Positions 59,804 to 64,000 of a DNA stretch of 64,000 nucleotides are shown piece after piece. The notes beneath the pieces were generated by a model. The model was not told where the DNA came from. It searched no databases and saw nothing but the letters and a program-made list of their open reading frames with translations. This DNA is from Macrostomum lignano (Eukaryota). The stretch spans positions 62,001 through 126,000 of the forward strand of contig NIVC01001503.1 of NCBI GenBank assembly GCA_002269645.1, read 5' to 3'. The stretch's first letter is position 1. Every line of letters begins with the position of its first letter. The translations under genes were made by a program, and so were the position numbers.

Positions 59804-62217
59804 GACCCCGACGATGAGCCGATAGTAAAGCTGGAACAGCAGACCTACATTGTGTACAAGTCTCGCTGGTTCATTCTGACCATCTACGGCCTGTTGATCA
59901 CATTTCAAGGCTCACTGTGGAACACCTGGGGCCCGCTGCACGACAACATGGAGCTTGCCTACAATTGGGACTCCGTCACGTTCGGCCTGTTGCCGTTCTG
60001 GGGCCCATTCTGCTACGTCCTCTCCTTCCTGCCCTGGACTTGGCTCATGAACTCCAAGGGCCTTCGGCTGCCAGTGCTGCTCAGCGCCGGGCTCGTGCTG
60101 GCCGGCTGTCTGGCTAAACTGCCCGCTCCTTTCGTCTCTGACGATCTGTTTCGCATTCTGTGCCACGTGTGCGGCTTTCTCAACGGCCTGGCCGCGCCAG
60201 CCCTGTTCACCACTCCGCCAATGCTGGCCGCCATCTGGTTTCCTAGAAATGAGAGAGTGACAGCCACCGCTATTGGCGGATCTTGCCAGGGCCTGGCTAT
60301 TGCCGCTTCTTTTATCATTGGTTTGTTCTTGCTTTTTTAGTTTTTGTGCTTTATGAATTGAGACTTCGTCACTCCAGTTGTAGGAAGTGAGGCTCTTCAG
60401 AGGTAATTTGTCACTCCAGTTGTAGGAAGTGAGGCTCTTCAGAGGTAATTTGTCACTCCAGTTGTAGGAAGTGAGGCTCTTCAGAGGTAATTTGTCACTC
60501 CAGTTGTAGGAAGTGAGGCTCTTCAGAGGTAATTTGTCACTCCAGTTGTAGGAAGTGAGGCTCTTCAGAGGTAATTTGTCACTCCAGTTGTAGGAAGTGA
60601 GGCTCTTCAGAGGTAATTTGTCACTCCAGTTGTAGGAAGTGAGGCTCTTCAGAGGTAATTTGTCACTCCAGTTGTAGGAAGTGAGGCTCTTCAGAGGTAA
60701 TTTGTCACTCCAGTTGTAGGAAGTGAGGCTCTTCAGAGGTAATTTGTCACTCCAGTTGTAGGAAGTGAGGCTCTTCAGAGGTAATTTGTCACTCCAGTTG
60801 TAGGAAGTGAGGCTCTTCAGAGGTAATTTGTCACTCCAGTTGTAGGAAGTGAGGCTCTTCAGAGGTAATTTGTCACTCCAGTTGTAGGAAGTGAGGCTCT
60901 TCAGAGGTAATTTGTCACTCCAGTTGTAGGAAGTGAGGCTCTTCAGAGGTAATTTGTCACTCCAGTTGTAGGAAGTGAGGCTCCGAGGTTGTCACTCCAG
61001 TTGTAGGAAGTGAGGCTCTTCAGAGGTAATTTGTCACTCCAGTTGTAGGAAGTGAGGCTCTTCAGAGGTAATTTGTCACTCCAGCTGTAGGAAATGAGGC
61101 TCCGAGGTTTTCACTCCAGTTGTAGGAAGTGAGGCTCTTCAGAGGTAATTTGTCACTCCAGCTGTAGGAAGTGAGGCTCCGAGGTTTTCACTCCAGCTTT
61201 AAGTTTTCGACTCAATTTTGAGATCGTCACTTCTGTCCTTCAGTGTCCATCGTATCTATAACCAACATTCTTCCAGGACCGCTCTTTGTGCCAGAAGTGA
61301 GCAACAGCACTCTGCGAGAAGCAAATTCAACGGATATTATCATAGAGTGAGCGAATGTACAATTATGAACACCTTCAAATTTACAGAGCAGCAATTGTGA
61401 CAAACTCTTTTACTTGTGCACAATATCCAGAAACATTAAGAGCGAAGTTTACGTGCTGAACTACTCGCAGCTGGGCATCGCTCTTGCAATATTCGCTGTC
61501 ATTCTCGCCTACTTTCCTAACCGACCACCAACGCCGCCTGCCGTGTCGTGCGAAGTCGAACGCGTTAACCTTGCCGCCGGTCTGAAATCGCTGTCAATTA
61601 ACACCTGGCTGGTGGTGATGGCCTACGGCCTGCCGCTGGGCGTCTCCGCCGGCTTCAGTGCCGCCTTCGACGTCAACGTCAGCCAATACGGCATTGGCCA
61701 GACTCAGGCCGGTTGGATGGGCTTCGTCGCCGTCCTGACTGGCACCGTCGTGAGCCTGTTGGCCGCCAGACTCATCGACTGGTTTCCAAACGCATCTATG
61801 AAATGGTTCAACATCGTGTTCTTGGGCGTTGCGACCCTGTGCTACGTGTGGTTCACGCTCATATTCGACAAGGTACTGCCCGGAGACACCGCTTCGATCT
61901 ACGTGGCAAACGTGCTGGCCAACACCGCACTCTATTCTTCTCTGCCGCTTTTCTACGAGATGGCCTGCGAGTCCGCATTCCCCATAGCCGAGGAGGTGCC
62001 CGCGATGCTCATCACCAGCGTCAACTGCTTCTTTGCCAGCGTGTTTCTCGCCCTGTTTTTCTTTCCCCAAATTGGAACGCTCTGGATGAACTACGTCATG
62101 ACTGGGGCCTGCGCCACCGCCGTGCCGCTTCTAGTCCTGTTCCGGGAGGTTCACAACAGGCGGAATCTGGACCTAACGGCGCAGGTCGGGGCTCAATCCG
62201 ACGGTCGTCTGCAGTAA
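59804..62217 (+). CDS. SLC49A4: MFS transporter SLC49A4/DIRC2-like (457 aa from the acceptor; no upstream in-frame ATG). Exons: 59804-60320, 61277-61346, 61431-62217.
   Basis: YKSRWFIL...FQGSLWNTWGPL...WGP...NGLAAP...WFPRNERVTATAI...IGPLFVP...YFPNRPPTPP match DIRC2-family motifs. Exon phases 1 and 2 fit GT-AG introns. AATAAA at 62297. Confidence 0.9.
60368..61198. repeat. 42-bp minisatellite TCACTCCAGTTGTAGGAAGTGAGGCTCTTCAGAGGTAATTTG, about 20 copies, filling SLC49A4 intron 1
   Basis: Direct inspection. Confidence 0.96.
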
Positions 62218-62949
62218 CGCCTAGCCTCCTGCAAATTGTTCTCGAATATCAGACATCGAAAATGACCCTAATTTGCTTAACGAAATCTCTGGTTTCAATA
62301 AAGCATTGTATGGTTTTTCAGTGTACCAGAGCGGCAAACAAGGTGTCACCCATGGGAAGAAATTTACTCAAGGGATGGGATGAGATACAGACTAATATTG
62401 GCTGATGTCATTTTCTCATTCCGGAGCTTCATGTTTTACCAGATTGTTGCCAGAATTTACGAGTAAGCCTCCGTTCTGACACTACTGTACATTATACGAG
62501 CTACATTTAGACACTTCCACATTGATACGAGCTGGTCTGAAAATATTCAGCAAACAAACAATTTAATGCTTAGTCTAGAATATAGCTAAAGCACAAACTC
62601 TAGCTGTTGTCACCTGAGGTAGATTGATACCCTCAATCTCAAGTATAAATTATCCTACCTGGTTAAGACCCCTTCCGTACGCGTGAATTCATGGTTTGAT
62701 TACACCGCAGACCTGCAATTTATACTGTCACAAAAATGGCTATAATTTCTCATACGTGTTGTGTTACGAGCTAAGCTAATTAACTAGTTTTGTTTCTGTT
62801 GAAATTGCCAAGTCATGTACGAGCTACAGCAAAATACATAAAAATCTCCACAAATCACGAGAATTGCAACTTTTTTGCTTGGCATTCAACTTTTGTTTTA
62901 GGGGTGCTTGGCTTTCAAACGTGTTGTCCTGGCGTGCTAGAATATAGTG

Positions 62950-64000
62950 AGTGTCCTTCAGTTCCTCTCAGTGTGCTTCTGTGTCCTTCAGTTCCTCTCA
63001 GTGTGCTTCTGTGTCCTTCAGTTCCTCTCAGTGTGCTTCTGTGTCCTTCAGTTCCTCTCAGTGTGCTTCTGTGTCCTTCAGTTCCTCTCAGTGTGCTTCT
63101 GTGTCCTTCAGTTCCTCTCAGTGTGCTTCTGTGTCCTTCAGTTCCTCTCAGTGTGCTTCTGTGTCCTTCAGTTCCTCTCAGTGTGCTTCTGTGTCCTTCA
63201 GTTCCTCAGTGTGCTTCTGTGTCCTTCAGTTCCTTAGTGTGCTTCTGTGTCCTTCAGTTCCTCTCAGTGTGCTTCTGTGTCCTTCAGTTCCTTAGTGTGC
63301 TTCTGTGTCCTTCAGTTCCTCAGTGTGCTTCTGTGTCCTTCAGTTCCTTAGTGTGCTTCTGTGTCCTTCAGTTCCTCTCAGTGTGCTTCTGTGTCCTTCA
63401 GTTCCTCTCAGTGTGCTTCTGTGTCCTTCAGTTCCTCTCAGTGTGCTTCTGTGTCCTTCAGTTCCTTAGTGTGCTTCTGTGTCCTTCAGTTCCTCTCAGT
63501 GTGCTTCTGTGTCCTTCAGTTCCTCTCAGTGTGCTTCTGTGTCCTTCAGTTCCTCTCAGTGTGCTTCTGTGTCCTTCAGTTCCTCTCAGTGTGCTTCTGT
63601 GTCCTTCAGTTCCTCTCAGTGTGCTTCTGTGTCCTTCAGTTCCTCTCAGTGTGCTTCTGTGTCCTTCAGTTCCTCTCAGTGTGCTTCTGTGTCCTTCAGT
63701 TCCTCTCAGTGTGCTTCTGTGTCCTTCAGTTCCTCTCAGTGTGCTTCTGTGTCCTTCAGTTCCTCTCAGTGTGCTTCTGTGTCCTTCAGTTCCTCTCAGT
63801 GTGCTTCTGTGTCCTTCAGTTCCTCTCAGTGTGCTTCTGTGTCCTTCAGTTCCTCTCAGTGTGCTTCTGTGTCCTTCAGTTCCTCTCAGTGTGCTTCTGT
63901 GTCCTTCAGTTCCTCTCAGTGTGCTTCTGTGTCCTTCAGTTCCTCTCAGTGTGCTTCTGTGTCCTTCAGTTCCTCTCAGTGTGCTTCTGTGTCCTTCAGT
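62950..64000. repeat. 30-bp minisatellite GTGTCCTTCAGTTCCTCTCAGTGTGCTTCT, about 35 copies, running off the window end
   Basis: Direct inspection. Confidence 0.97.

Noticed and set aside
62947-63295. ORFs at the window end
   Set aside because: They are translations of the 30-bp minisatellite.

Overview
Eukaryotic (animal) genomic DNA. It is intron-rich and packed with minisatellites; the gene content and repeat style suggest a lophotrochozoan, most likely a free-living flatworm such as Macrostomum (inference only). Most long ORFs in the supplied track are tandem-repeat artefacts, so I rebuilt real genes by hand from GT-AG splice sites with phase checks. (1) 3' part of a Cys-loop acetylcholine receptor alpha-type subunit with an anion-channel Pro-Ala-Lys motif before M2 (six exons, 1019-10464, +). 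(2) A 5.4-kb 34-bp satellite. (3) An ncs-2-like neuronal calcium sensor (three exons, 25494-30662, +). (4) A secreted His/Asp-rich peptide gene inside hAT-like ends with an 8-bp target-site duplication (TSD). (5) An apparently intact 6.9-kb EnSpm/CACTA-type transposon with a 766-aa transposase and a seven-exon accessory gene ending in a BEN-like domain. (6) A non-autonomous CCC...GGG element nested in a MITE. (7) A same-strand trio SIVA1 - MPV17L2 - SLC49A4/DIRC2. The last two have no usable in-frame ATG and start exactly at phase-0 splice acceptors, as expected if a flatworm spliced leader donates its 3'-terminal AUG (candidate SL trans-spliced operon). Three tRNA-headed CORE-SINE copies and about 20 distinct tandem arrays are also present. 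Tandem-array boundaries are approximate.
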